In this document: positions 1-13,787 of the stretch, one piece after another
How positions within the stretch are numbered: position 1 is the stretch's first letter
Layout: each line of letters opens with the position of its first letter
Source: Massalongia carnosa
Taxonomy: Eukaryota
Length of the DNA: 64,000 bases
Direction: 5' to 3'
Assembly: GCA_965645245.1 (NCBI GenBank)
Contig: OZ287087.1
Span: 1,426,001-1,490,000, forward strand
Position numbers and translations under genes: made by a program
Notes under the pieces: model-generated
Told to the model about the DNA's origin: nothing
The model's input: the letters and a program-made list of their open reading frames with translations, nothing else
Database searches by the model: none

Positions 1-884
1 CAGTAGCAATCGCGTGGTGGCTGACGGGAGCGAGAGCCAGAGCGGTTGCCGGGTTGAAATGGAGTAGTAGAGCATGGAGATGGGCTCTTAGAAGAAGGAC
101 CTCCCTGGTTATCAGACGCAACGCCGAGGGTGGCGCCGAAAGTACCGTTCTGGTTGGTACTCCCGATGATGCGATAGAACTGACGGAAGTCGGCAATGAG
201 AGTACTCACTTCGGGAACCGAGGAGACCTTGGACGAGTCGTTGATGAGGGCGAGTAGTTTGACAAGCTCCTGAGTGGCCCATGTAGTGTGGACGTGCATG
301 ACTGAATTGAGGAAGGCCTCCTGTACCTGACCGTCTTTCATCTCCGGCATATCTAGAGATTTCATGAGGTCGGTGACACGTAACCATTCCTGGAGCCAAT
401 TGTCTATTGATTGGTTGCGAGCTCGGCGAGGGTTACGGATTGCGTCGTACGCCTCTCGAATCTCGCGTTTTCGGGTTGGGTCAGAAGGAGCAATGTGAGC
501 GCTCAGGGTGCTGAGGCGTTCCCACACGCTCTTCTTGCCCTTGATGAGCGCTTGATAGTGGGCAGCAATCGAGCTGTTCATGTTGATGAACATGGTGTCT
601 AGAGCGTCGCGTTGTCGAATCCACTTGCTGTGTTGGTACTGCCATTGGGAGAGCTCGTGGCCATGCATCTTGAGCTCAGCATCTTTGGAGTCTCCAGCAG
701 GGAGGCCAGGATGTATGGGTTCCGTGGGCTCCTCGGGCTGAGTGGCGAGAGCAGGATTGCAGTACGCCCAAACACTTTTAGCAGTGGCGTAATCCTCATA
801 TCCAAAAATCCAGGAGGACCAGTTTTCAGGCTTCGAGAGCACCACAGTGGTGATCGTCACCTTCTGCTTGACTTCCGCGGACAA
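1..884 (-). mobile_element. Ty1/Copia gag fragment running off the left edge of the window
   Basis: Manual translation of the minus strand from about 884 gives an open frame: VVLSKPENWSSWIFGYEDYATAKSVWAYCNP...LSAHIAPSDPTRKREIREAY...IDNWLQEW. This matches the gag type seen at 978-1187. It is absent from the ORF track because there is no stop inside the window. Confidence 0.7.
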
Positions 885-925
885 GATGAGATGGAGCGTG
901 ATAGACGTCCGAGTAATCTCAACAA

Positions 926-2145
926 TTGATGGAAAGCGACCTTATCACCTTCATTCAAGATACCATCACAGTCCAAAATGCCGCCTCAGAAAGAAGAGCC
1001 TCATCCATGGAACCAGCTTCGAGCACTGAAAATCCGCTTAGCACCGAGCGACTCAGCACGCTGCATAGAGATCGAGAACAAATATCACAGATTATGCAAG
1101 GGATCAGGCAAGCAGGATATTGAAACATGGTTAGAAAAATGGCAAACAGTCTACACCGATGGCAAGGCATATGGATTGGTGAAATGATGGGAACACGGCC
1201 TATTCGTGATTTTATAATGGCCGTTCTTCCCACCGAACCTTCATTTGCCAACGCCCACCTGATTACTTTAGACAGCAAGGAAGAGAAAGATTTCCACCCG
1301 CTAATTGAGAGCTTTCGCAAATATGTTCGCCTGCATCAATCGCAAAAAATAAGAATAGCAACACGCATTCAGCTTTTGCAACCGAGAAAAAGAAGGAAGG
1401 ACAGGGAGCGAAATTTAATGGGCAAAAAACGCCTCCCAATGTCTTTGTGGGTCCGTTTATTGGTACAATGACTGCTACTATCTAGTACCAGAGAAGCGGC
1501 CCTCAAATTGGACTTCCAGACCCCAAATTCAAACACAGATTGATGGAGCAATATAAGACCAGCAGTTGAAAGCTAAAGTGGAAAAATCCCTTCAGCCATC
1601 AAAGGAAATACAACAATCAAAAGCCACTAAAACCACCAACACCAACACCAGTACTACTGAGAAGGAGTTAGGCGCTTTTACATCTACTAAAACATCGTCA
1701 TCATTCTCGGCAGATAGCTACACAATCAAGAGCTCATGGATATTGGATAACGGGTCTAATATCCATGTATGCAACAACACCATGAAATCGCGCTACACAC
1801 AGAAAAGGAAATCAATAGGAGAGTATCTAACTGCGGGCACCCAACGCCTAGCAATAGAAAGCTATGGTACGGTCGAAATCACCGTATCAAATCCTACCGG
1901 ACCTCAAAGCATCACACTTCTAAATGTAGCCTATGTATCCAACTTCATGACCAACCTAGTTTCTCAGGACTTGCTCTATGTGAAAGGCCTTTACTTTGAT
2001 AATTGGAAGAATCACCTCCATCGGGAAGGGAAAACGGTTGCTTATGTAAAGCGTTATAACGGCCATTATTTGCTAGTGGACAACACATCATCAGATCAAG
2101 CATCGGCTTTCCCAGTGCAACAGAAATCAAAAGATAGCTATCAAT
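926..2145 (+). mobile_element. Degenerate Ty1/Copia gag-protease fragment (outer host element; resumes at about 8402-8446)
   Basis: Gag-like LKIRLAPSD...IETWLEKW, protease motif WILDNGSNIHVCN and LLNVAYVSNFMTNLVS, with frameshifts. After the inserted element the frame continues as TATAYEWHQMLAH (pre-integrase WHxxLxH motif). Confidence 0.8.
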
Positions 2146-2255
2146 TGTTGATGTTACACTAAACATTAGCTTAACGGACAAGTGTCAGGCAGTTGGTGAC
2201 TGCTTGGCCGGAATGGGCCTAGGGTAGTTTAGCCGATGTGGGTGCTCAAAAGCAC

Positions 2256-3590
2256 CACGCGGGTGACAAAAAATTTTACTCACAAATTTTGACGCCACCA
2301 AACCATCGAATTTTGACCCCTATTTGCATCGTGGCACCACACTATTATTATTGCTACTCCTACTACTATCAATAACCCGTCATCGCACCGTCACCTTCTA
2401 TCACGGCTTGCAGCCGTTTCGGCATCTCAGCCACCTTGCTATTGATGAAATTTTGCGAAACCGTGGCCCACCCCTCATGAATCAGTCCTACCGTGGTGGC
2501 CTCATCCCAATGAGGGAATTTGCGAATATACTGCTTGGGTGGCTGCCAGCAATTTTCAATAGGTGAGAGATCAGGAGACGAAGCACAGTTGAAATAGCTT
2601 TTCAACCCATTTTCTTCCTTCCATTTGCGTACGATATTGTTTTTACTAGTACCGTGCCCTGAATCACCATCTTCTTCCAGACAGAAATCATCACCTCTGT
2701 CAAGCCACGGCTTGACGACGGGCTTCAAAATCTGATCAATATAGACCCTTTGACTCATCTTTCCATTAGTGTTGCCCGGAACGTCGTATAAACGAATGTC
2801 TGACTTGAAATTGTGGCCCACAGCAGTCCAAGCATGCTTTTTTTCAAGTCTTTTTCAGTTGATTCGTTCGTTTCTTGAAGACAATCTTGACAGTATCGTT
2901 GACCCGGCTTGCGAATGATGCGAATTTTTTCCCCTGAGGCCCATAGCTATAATGCACCTCATCGCTGAATCGTACAGAAAACCAGTCTTCATCATCATCA
3001 GGATATCTTTCTTTTATGACGATAGCCCATTCAAAACGACGTTTAGCCGTCGATGCGCTGACCCAGCCCTTTCTACTTGCAATGCATTTATGATAATTCA
3101 TCTTACCCATAACTCTCTGAATTGTACGACCACTGCACTCCAGTCCCACCTCGTAGCCCAATTGAACCTACGTTAACCCGAGAGCCTCCATGCCTTCTGT
3201 CTCCAAAATACGCTCCATCTCTCATATGTGTCTCGGGGTCACAATTGAATGACGTCCACGTGTTTCAGGAACGTTGGCATTGTGTCTAGTACGACTGAAA
3301 TTTTCTCTTGTCAACATTTTCCAGCCAGTTTGTTTTGAAGTGCCGAAAACACGAAAAACATCTTTGAAATAAGGAATCTTCATCGCATCGCAAAACTCCA
3401 CTGCACCCTGAATTTTGGCCCGTGTGGGGGTAGGATGATGGGTCTGAGCCTCATGCGACTCCAAAACAGGTGGGGTAGCTTTATTCATGGCTAAATGATG
3501 GTGTATAAAACGTGGTGATTGAAAAGGGGTTAAAATTTGATGGTTTGGTGGGGTCAGAATTTGTGAGTAAATTTTTTTGTCACCCGCGTG
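2256..3590 (-). mobile_element. IS630/Tc1/mariner-type DNA transposon (DD37E) inserted in the 5' LTR of Copia A
   Basis: TIRs of about 68 bp (CACGCGGGTGACAAAAAA...ACCCCT at 2256; its complement ends at 3590). Frameshifted transposase at 2369-3488 with [12 protein letters not shown] and SPDLSPIE; 37 residues between the second D and the E. Confidence 0.92.
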
Positions 3591-3885
3591 CCACGATAGA
3601 ATTAATCAAAACTATTCCTTCTAAATATTCGTACATGCACTATAGTGATCAACAATTCACTTCAATAGGTTATGAGAACCCGGATGCGTACCTGCAAGAC
3701 AATTACATAGTCACTACGAATATATTAATCAGGATAACTGACCAACCAGTCAGCCGATCCTGCGACCCCAAACAAGCAAATAGTCGACCAGCCAGTCAAC
3801 TTTTGCTCCGGACCCCCACCAAACGGTGCAGACGCACCAGATTGACCAGACCCGACCGAACCAATCATATTTCAGTACCGCAGCC

Positions 3886-6800
3886 ATGGGATCTGATGCA
3901 AAGTATGATTATAGCTTTAAAAAGCTGACCGGTTCAGCTAATTACAAGCAATAGACGCGAGACATGTCCTTTGCGTTGGAGGAAGCTAAGCTATGGGACC
4001 ATGTTCTAGGAACAGCTATTCCACCTCCAACATTGATAGCAACCTCAAATGATGATTATGATAGGGCCGAACGAATTTACCAGCGGTCCCTAAAAATCAA
4101 AGACTTCAACGATGACTCGTGCCGTACGGTAGCGAAAATTGGGCGAATGTGCACCGAGACCGTCCAGAAAGAATTCCTATCCAAAAACATACTCGCTAGA
4201 TGGACTCCAAAAGAGCTATGGGACCACCTACAATCGCGATACACGTTACAAAATTGGGCATCAAAATGGAATACACTCGGAAAGTTGCACTCCATCTACC
4301 AACGGGATTGCAAGAACGTGGCCGAGTTCATCAGTAAAATTAGGGACATTAATTCTGAAATAAGTGACCTAAAAATAACCATGGACGAGGCGGTCATAAT
4401 TCATACCCTAAATTCATTAGACACTCAGTTCAAGTCCTACCTGGCCATCCTCAGCCATGAATCGAGGGAGAAAGCAGAACTTCCAACACTCGAGGTCCTA
4501 GCAAAGGCCTTGGAGGATGAAGAGTTACGACTAGCCAATCAGGACAAAGCGACTGCAAATTACATGCAGAAAGGAAAGAAAGGAGGAGGGGACTCCGGTA
4601 AAAAGAAAAAGCCGGGGGAGAACTCCAACTCCAACTCCAATAACACTAACCGACAGCAAGGACATGTATGTCTGCACAAGGTGCAAGAAAACGCATGGAA
4701 AAGGTGATTGCTGGATGGACAAAGCGGAGTGTAATGGGTGTGGTAAACGTGGCCACATCAAGAAGTTCTGTAAAAAGAACAAGACGAACCAGGAAAGTGA
4801 GGCGACCACCCCAGAGGCAACCACCAAAGGGCTATCTTGCTTTATCAGAAAGACCATACCGCTCACACCGAACGATGAGGTCGAAGAGAAGAAAGGAATG
4901 GGGGCCATTCATTTGACGTGTAAGTCAGTGGCCGCAGTCATTCCAAAACTAAACCCCTACGTAATCATAGACTCTGGGGCCACCGACCATTTCTTCTCAA
5001 ATCGAGGCTTTTTTACCACCTACACTGAGTGCTACCATGAGTTCCAAACGGGCTCGGGACAAGTTCTTCCTGCCTTCGGGTATGGTGACGTAGTCCTAAA
5101 CATGGTCCAGGAGGACGGATCAATAAATTTCCTGACAGTAAAAGATGTAAGCTGGGCACCTGCCCTAGGCCACAACTTACTGAGCACCGTTCCCCTTGCA
5201 ATGAAAGGTGTTGAGGTGTTCCTGAGACGTACGGATGTTCCTACCCAATTAATTCATGAGAAAAAAATCCACGGACTAGCTGACGTTATCAATCGACAAT
5301 ATGTTCTTCGAATTAAAAACCCGGAGGTTATGCAGACGAACTTCGCAATCACTAAACCAGTAGTGAATGCAATCAAACCAACCATTGAAATTTGGCATCA
5401 AAGAATGGGCCACCTTGGTTATCGAAACATCCTAAAACTTCCGAAAATAGCTGAAGGAATTGAGGTGAAAGGGCCGGTCCCAGAGGAAATTTGTGGGCCA
5501 TGCATGAAGGGTAGACAGCAACGTAAGCAGTCACGAACTCCCATGGCCCGAGCTTCAAAATTCTGGAAGAGGTCCATAGTGATTTGGGAGGCCCATACCC
5601 GGCCTCTAGAAATGGATTACAATATTACATATCTTTCAAAGATGATGCCACTGGAACGTACCATGTTTACCCAATGAAGCTAAAGAGCCAGGCCTTTGAT
5701 AAGGCAAAGGAATATATCGAATGGGCGTCTCAGGAAACTGGCATGCAGATGGGAGCACTCCATTCGGATGGGGGAGGTGAATATGACAATGAAGCCTTTC
5801 AGGACTATCTTAAGAAACAACACATCAGATGGAAATGCAGTGCCCCATACACCCCCGAACAAAATGGAAAAGCCGAGCGACTGAATTATACTCTGATGAG
5901 TTCAGTCCGGTCCATCTTATCAGCAATGAAATTACCGAAGGGCCTATGGCCTGAAATCATCAAAGCAGTGTGTTATCTGAAGAACAGAAGTCCTAACAGG
6001 GACGGGGTGACACCATATGAGAAACTAAACAACAAAAAGCCTAACCTCGGTCATCTAAGAGTGTTGGGTGCACGTGCTTGGGTTCATATTCCCAAGGAAA
6101 AGCGAAAGAAGCTAGACGAACGGTCCTAGCAGGGCATCCTTGACGACGAGGGAAATAACAAACCCGAGGACTATTACACCCCTCGGTCAAATAAACCTCA
6201 CCTACCTACACCCCCCGATTCTCCTCCAAACACGGAACATTCACACCAAAATTCAGTGGGAGATTCACAACAAACAAGGCCAGAAGGGAGAAATGTCGAA
6301 GAAAATTATGGAGGGGGAAAATATGATAGTCCCTATGATAGTCTGACCCACGACCCCGAGGCCACCAACCACGAGGCCGAGGCCACCGACCCCGAGACCC
6401 CCGAGGCCTCGGAAGGCCACAATTCTTCCACCTCTGACCATGTTCCATTGAGAAGGCCCAAGCGGGCACCAGTCAAGTAAACACAATATCCTGATGAAAG
6501 TTTTTATGGACCAGGTAGACTACCGAAACGAACTGACTTCACTAGCACAAACGTGGCAAAATCCCACATACATATGATGAAGGCACTAACCATGCTTGCA
6601 AACAACATTGATAATGAAGGGCCAGACGAACCCCTCTCGCTCAAAGAGGCTATAGCTAGGCCTGATTGGCCCAAATGGATGGAGGCCATGAAGACCGAAA
6701 TTGAATCTCATACCGAAAATGGCACGTTGGAGTTGACCGAAGCACCAAAAGACCGACGGGTAATCACCGGACGGTGGGTGTTCAAACTGAAAAAGGATCG

Positions 6801-8161
6801 ACATGGAAACACACTAAAATACAAAGCACGATGGGTGGTTCAAGGCTACAAGCGGGAAGAAGGTCTAGACTACATCGACACCTTCGCTGCAGTGGTCAAG
6901 CCCATGTCATATAAGGCCATGATGGGTGTTGGAGTTAACGTGGATTTACCATTCGTCATATGGATGTTGTGACCGCTTTTCTCTATGGATATCTGGATGA
7001 ACTGATATTTGTCGAACAACCTCATTTATTCAACCCGACACCGCACCTAGTTTGTAAGCTGATCAAAGCACTTTATGGACTGAAACAATCACCACAAGTG
7101 TGGTACCAGACCCTTGTTGATTTCCTGAAGAAACTAGGATTTCATCGCTTGGAACTTGATCATGGAGTGTTTGTTTCTGATGACAAGAAGCAATTCATAG
7201 CGATATATGTGGACGATCTACTACTCTTTGGGGCAGACATACCCCGCCTCGAGTTCATACAAAAACAACTATCTGATCGGTTCAAAATGACGAATCTGGG
7301 TGACGTCTCTCACTATTTAGGAATGGAAATTGACGTTGACGTTGGAAAAACAATAATCCTTCGTCAAACAACCTACCTCAAAAAGGTTCTGGACCGTTTC
7401 GGAATTACCGACTGCAAGCAATCCTCCATACCAATGGATCCGGGGGTGGCGAGCTCCCTTCTCCCCTCAAAACAGGTAGCGGATAAAGCCACCATTTCCT
7501 GGTACCAGTCAGCAATTGGATCACTGATGTGGCCAGCAGTCCATACCCGACCCGCATATCTTATTCTGTGGGAGTCCTCAGCCGATATTGCAGCAACCCC
7601 GGACCCACCCACATACAGCTAGTCAAACAAATCTTCCGCTATTTAGCAGGGACACTGACCATAGGACTGACATTTTCGGCTGACTCTCTGGATGAACTAA
7701 TCGGATACACTGACTCTGATTGGGCGGGGACCGTAGATGGAAGAAAGTCGACCGGTGGGTACGTTTGGATGCTTTCGGGCTGTCCAATTTCTCACTACTC
7801 AAAACAACAACCGACCGTCGCTCTGTCTTCATGCGAAGCTGAGTATATGGCGATTACTGAAGCAGGGAAGGAGGCCTTATGGTGCTCTCGCTTCCTCGAG
7901 GCCCTCGGGCACAGACGACCTGACCAACCAGCAGACCTCCGAGCAGACAACAAGGGGGCGATTGACCTTACCGCTAACCCAGAGTTCCATAAACGAACAA
8001 AGCATATTGACGTACGACTTCATTGGATAATGGAAGTTGTACTAGACCGAAAGATAATCATCACATACATTTCAACGAATGAAATGATAGCAGATGGGAT
8101 GATAAAGCCGCTACCACCAGCAAGGTTCAAAGTCTTTAGGGCCATGATGGGCATGAGGTAG
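3886..8161 (+). pseudogene. Copia A gag-pol (gag, Zn knuckle, protease, integrase, RT, RNase H), disrupted
   Basis: CNGCGKRGHIKKFC, IIDSGATDH, WHQRMGH, HSDGGGEY, PEQNGKAER, YKARWV, YVDDLL, YTDSDWAG, KRTKHID, in Copia order. Several frameshifts and stops, plus a deletion after the integrase core. Confidence 0.93.
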
Positions 8162-8587
8162 GGCAGGGCAATTTCTGAATAGCATCAACCAAGGCAGACA
8201 CCATGCCTGAGTGGGAGTGTTGATGTTACGCTAAACAATAGCCTAACGGACAAGTGTCAGGCAGTTGGTGACTGCTTGGCCGGAATGGGCCTAGGGTAGT
8301 TTAGCCGATGTGGGTGCTCAAAAGCACCCACGATAGAATTAATCAAAACTATTCCTTCTAAATATTCGTACATGCACTATAGTGATCAACAATTCACTTC
8401 AAAACCGCAACAGCATACGAATGGCATCAGATGCTAGCCCATACCCCGGATGACTCTATTCAACATCTCGAGTCATCTACTAAGGGAGTCAAAATATAAG
8501 AAGAATAGCCTGCTCGAGTCATGCTCGGATTCTAGTAGCCCTAGGTTGCCTCTCATGATAGTAGACTATAGGTAGTCCTAAAAATAG

Positions 8588-8960
8588 TTAGAAGTCGAGT
8601 ATAAACGCTAATAGTAAGCTATATACTTCTATATACGCTAGAGAGCGATGTTTCCACGTTGAAACGTTGGATTGCACCTTGGTGACTCCCTTCCTGAAAT
8701 AAATATCTTCCTCATTCATATCTTCTCTTATTGTATTTCGAACGATATGCGCTATTTGATCTGCGTTCAACTTGTCATAACGAAGCGTAAATGGCCGTAA
8801 AGAAGCCTCTATTCGCATGACTATTAGTTTCTATTCGGAGGTAATGGCCTGTCTTCTCCGCGTCTTTTTGGTAGATATTTCTGCCGCTATTGATCCTGAT
8901 TGTGTTTCGGCTTGCGTTAAAGGTTTAAGGACCTCTTCATTTGACGATGATACGTTCATG
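8588..8960 (-). pseudogene. Hypothetical gene fragment divergent from the CMC-like transposase
   Basis: Protein-like ORF (FTLRYDKLNADQIAHIVRNTIRED...VSTWKHRSL); no recognised domain. Confidence 0.3.
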
Positions 8961-9446
8961 CTTGTATTTTTGATATCAGCATTAATGATAGTGCAATCGA
9001 AAGAAAGCGCGAAGCAGTAAAGACGAATGCTAATGTTCTGAAATAGTGTGCTAAAGCCCTAAGGACTAAAATATCAACGCACAAGTGATTCTTCATGAGA
9101 ATACCTCACCTGCGCACAGAACTAAACTCAGTTATGAGACACGATGCCTCGTCGCGAATATCAGGATGATGCGACGGAGACTATGATGCTCGACGAAGGT
9201 CATGTTTTGAGAAAGAGAAGAAAGCATAAAACGCACCAGCTTGCTGGGGGCTAGTGAAGTTGTCACCGTGACGGACGGCACCAGGCGTGTAAGCGGGATA
9301 GGGCCGGACGCTAGCAGGGAGGTGAAAAACTCTTCACCTCCTCCATCCCCCCATCTCTTCTCTCTTTCCTCATCAACACTCATCAAAAATCGTGTTTCGC
9401 TGTTTCTCCCACCCGCCCTCTCCTACACAGTCTGTCGCTTAGATAG

Positions 9447-12400
9447 ATGGAGTATGTCTTGACCCCAGGGTTCGCATCTACAGCGTTCATGGACCCCGTA
9501 GCCTACCCGTTGCGGCTCCGTACCCGGCGCGGACGGCGCACGAACGGTGTCATGCCACACCCTAGGGTCAGGACTTTGCCCAAACACGAGAATAGCAATA
9601 AACACAAGGTGGCTGCGTTTCACTAGCCATCGACACTGCTTCAACCGTTCCAGCAGTAAGCCTTCTTTATATCACTCTGAATAAACCCGACCTTGATGAT
9701 TTCAGTTTTCAGGGTCCTCCTCTTGTGGAAAAGACATTGATTGTTCCAGCATCCACTGTTCAGAGCAGTGTCCCACGGGTCAACCCACTGCTTTCCATAA
9801 GTCAACCGATAGACTCCCCTAGCCACGGGTCTATGCAAGCCGGTTCTTCATACCAACACAATTCTGTACATATTCATGAGAAGCAAAAGCAGATCCAGAG
9901 TTCAGAACGAATGACAATGGCGCATAAGAAGCGAACAATAGAGAATCTCAATAAAATCCAACCATTGTCTAACCAAGTTCCTGAACAACACGTTCAAGAC
10001 AATTTCCCAGCCGATATAGAGACGGCATTCGATCAAAATAGTGATTATGAGCGGGAAACTGATGAAGAGTTTCAAAACGTTCATACTCGGCCTGCTTCAA
10101 TCGCTGATATATCGGCCTTTGCTGTCAGCTTAATTTCTTCAAATGCTATCATGACATTGCCATCCAATCAACTCACGGAATTTGATATAGAAAGCACAGA
10201 CACCGGTGAGTCTTTCAACGAGTTTGCCCCTTCTGCTCCTGAAAGCACGATTGATGATGAGATCCGGGTGCCCTCCCGCCCAGTACGAGGAGAAATATCG
10301 GATTTCTGCCTGGCTCTCGGTCTCTGGTGTGATAAAGAAGGCATCAAGCGACGCACCTATGATGGCCTGCTCGAAGTTTTGCAATTGCTAGACACTCATG
10401 AAGTGCGAAATTTGCCAAAGCGACTATCAACTTTGCACTCCTGGTGCCGTAAGCGCCTTCCCATTCCATCCATTCAGAAGGCAGCGGTATTAGTACGACG
10501 AGAAAAACAACCCACCGGAACACCAAGACCGGCTCAAGCCAACGTCTATTACTTCGATGCTCGAATTATTATCAGTATCTTACTTTCAGCCACAACTCAA
10601 CGAAACATTCATATCGATATGGCAGAGATCGTTGATAGTCCTTCGGAATACTGGCATTCAAACAGTTGGGGTTCTTCTATTCGTACATGTTCCACTGATT
10701 TTGCGAGATTTCCCCATTCATCCCCTATTCTCCCCTCTGACATTGTGCAGTATCGCTGTGGCAATGATAAATGTGGGATTATTCATGACAGTCACTGCGG
10801 ACAGGTCATATTTTTTGGACGTGATCAAAGATCGCGATCTTTGACCCTAGGTCAAACTCTTGTCAGGATTCGTCCTTTGATAAGTAGAAAGAACGTCAAC
10901 GAATATTCAGTTCCGGTCACGTTAGACTGGCCCGAAGATCAGTTGCTTTTGATAGAAGACGCGGATCAAGGTTTCTTATCCGAGCATGTTCTAGCTCGCC
11001 GTTTCGATGTTGCAATTTGTAGGAATGATCAGGTACGGTCTACAACGCCTGTCTTAATTCGTTAGATACTCAACGTCACGCGAGGAGATCTTAGACCAAT
11101 CTATCTTTCATCACCGATTCGAGTGGAATTAGAATTAGAAGTCTTTGATCGAGAGTACCTAATCTCACAGCTAATTAAAGGAGTTCAGTCATATCCCCTT
11201 GTCATTTTCATGGACGATTTCGGGTTATATCGAAACATGTATCGTTCCATCACTGATGTCTATGCCATGCCAGCAGGCTTACCCGCCTCGGAACGTCAAA
11301 AGAGTTTTAATGCTTACACCATTGCTCTTGACCCGCACAGATCCAAGTTTAACGATGTGATGAACTGTCTTCATATCAGTTTGGGAAATATGGATCGTGG
11401 TTGCATTCTTGAAATCAATGGACAGAAACAAGCGGCTTGGGCCCCGATTCTAGCATATCTTGGTAATATGAAGCAGCAGCAAGCCTCCGGAGGGTTTCTT
11501 GGGCCACGTGCCAACTATTGTTGTCGCTTTTGTGATGCGGGCCTCCATAATCGAGGAAATTTCCAGCGGGATATCCTATATCATGGTCGTTATTATCATG
11601 AGGTGTTGGCTATACGAAAAAAAAGCCTAGCAATAAAAGGAATGACAAAGAGAGTGGCATATCTTACACGAAATGGGCTCAAACCCGAATCACTTCAGAC
11701 ATTAACCCCGGCGCTTGATCTTATCATGAGTTGTCCACCGGATCCGGCTCATAGCGAGTATTACGGACTAGTACGAAGATTGTACCCTTTTCTTTACACG
11801 AAAATACTCACGAAACGAGCTGCTGAAAAGTTTACAGCTGCCTTGCACTGTTTCCGTTTCCACCTAGCTGGAGCCGAATACAGTCTCTGGCTATTCATAT
11901 GGCCTCATAGAGTATGAGCGAATGCGCTCGTGCCTCAGTCGTAATACCTCTACTTCTTCGCTGTTGGTTAAGAAACCGTCATGTACGACAGCCTTTTCGA
12001 AATGGAGTGAAAGTTCAGTTTCCTAAAGAACGTCGCATTGCGCTTCAGATGAAGATTTGATAGTGTTTTGCTTTGGGAAACTCGCATGGAGTAACACGTT
12101 AATCTCGTCTTTCGAATTATCCCTCAAAGATCGTCAAGAATTTCACAGTCAAATCGTCAATGCTCGACAATGTTTTCTAGGTCTGATGAATGCAGCACAA
12201 AATCCAAAACGACAAGAAAAGAAGAAAGACAACGAGAAAAGTGAGTCTGTCACTGAGGAGTTATCTTTCAGTTCTAGACGAGCATCGATTTCTGAAACAT
12301 CCATAAACTTCCTTATTGGTGATACAGACACTCCATTTGAAGAGGCGTCCGTTGGTAATCTTGTGTCAGATCCCGACATGAGACTTTCTGCATCAGTGAC

Positions 12401-13356
12401 TACTCGGAATGGCGAGGCCGATAAGCTGCCAAACTTTCATATCGGTATGCATTTCGAAAGAGTCATGCAGGATTATGGTGTTCTGTGGAACGTTAATGTT
12501 CTCTTTGGAGAAGACAAAAATTGCTTTTTTAAAGCAAGCCGTATTGTCAACAAATCATCGAAAGGCAGAGCGACAGCTTTTAGTGAAAGCCGCTATCCTC
12601 TTCACTGTCGTCGCTCTTTTGAATGGCTCATTTCGTCATACTGATCCGGAGATCACTCTGCAAATGATTCGTTTGAAGCGGAACTGCCCGGCTTTCCTTG
12701 AAAGTCTATTATTCCACGGGGATCGCCCACAAACAGACGATTAGGAGTCGACAAATAACTGTCTATTAGAATCTCCCTCACAATTAACACCTGCAGTGCG
12801 GGGAAAGCTCAAACTTTCCTATGCACAAAATCAAGGTCTTCCTATCAGAATAACCAACTCCACAGAGCTCCGATTTAGGCAACTGATGTAGACTGCTATG
12901 ACCGGGTATGGCCTTAATGGCGTTCAATGGGGAAACAAGCCTTTGTATTGGTATGAACAATGCTCCTTTACTGTTAGGTCAACCGGCAAACGTTTCTCAT
13001 TGCATATTGGCGACTTTCTTCGACTCCGCTCTGGCACATATGCTCAGCTTCGACATATTTATACTCACTGTCTACCATTTGAGAATATTCAGCGAGTGTT
13101 CCTTTGGATTCGACTGCTAAAGACCGCTTCCTATAAAGACGAGGTCCTAAATTTGAGCATCTTTCAACTGACAGACACGGATAGAGTGATCCCGTTATTC
13201 TTTGTTGGTCCAGATAAGATCTACATTGTTCCTGTTAACCGTACACTCAATGAGCCAGTATCCTCACATGTCGTCGTGTCGACAATAAGTTTAAACAGTA
13301 ACAAAGAATCAGATATGGGTTTTTTACATTGTACATGGGAAGTCAACTTTTTGTAA
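9447..13356 (+). pseudogene. Large CMC (CACTA/EnSpm/Plavaka-like) DDE transposase, disrupted
   Basis: Motif order fits CMC transposases: PLVIFMDDFGLYRNMYRS, GLPASERQKSFN, YLGNMKQQQ...ANYCCRFC, DPAH, LPNFHIGMHF...YG...GEDK, then a BAH-like tail (LHIGDFLRL). Stops at 11065, 12744 and about 12890, plus frameshifts. A possible first exon ATGGA is spliced via GTATGT...TTCAG (9452-9705) in frame. Confidence 0.7.
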
Positions 13357-13787
13357 AAAAAATAGTCATGACGACTGAACTGATGTTGTGTGAATTTAGG
13401 CCAACACTTTTGGTAGCCACAAAGATCAACGTTGATCTTCATTTCACTTAATCTATCCTCTTTCATCTTTACCTTCCTTCTCATCCGTCATTGGTTTATT
13501 CTTTTAGTCCTGTTGCTCATTCCTTCTTCATCTGAGTACTACTATCGATCTCTTCTCGATTATCAGTTCTTAAACTGGTATGATCGCCTGACTTGATTTT
13601 GAGATACAACCTCATCACACATTACGCTATCACAAGTTTCAGCCTCTACTTATCCACATCATGAAAGAAAATGTTTATTCCTTATGATATCTTCATCTAA
13701 AGCTTTTAACTTACCTTTTTTCGGGCGATCCCGATCACGCCTAGAAAAACGAGGAGAGCAGTAAAGAAGGATGTAGATAAGAAGATG

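Larger units (their letters stand above)
2146..8402 (+). mobile_element. LTR-bounded Ty1/Copia retrotransposon A (decayed)
   Basis: LTRs of about 185 bp at 2146-3665 (split by a DNA transposon) and 8218-8402, differing by only 3 substitutions. PBS-like GGTTATGAG at 3668; purine-rich GAGTGGGAG before the 3' LTR. The TSD is imperfect (TCAAT vs TCAAA). Confidence 0.93.

Noticed and set aside
6340..6415. Short GACCCCGAGGCCACC-type repeats
   Set aside because: Low-complexity coding linker between Copia integrase and RT; unremarkable.
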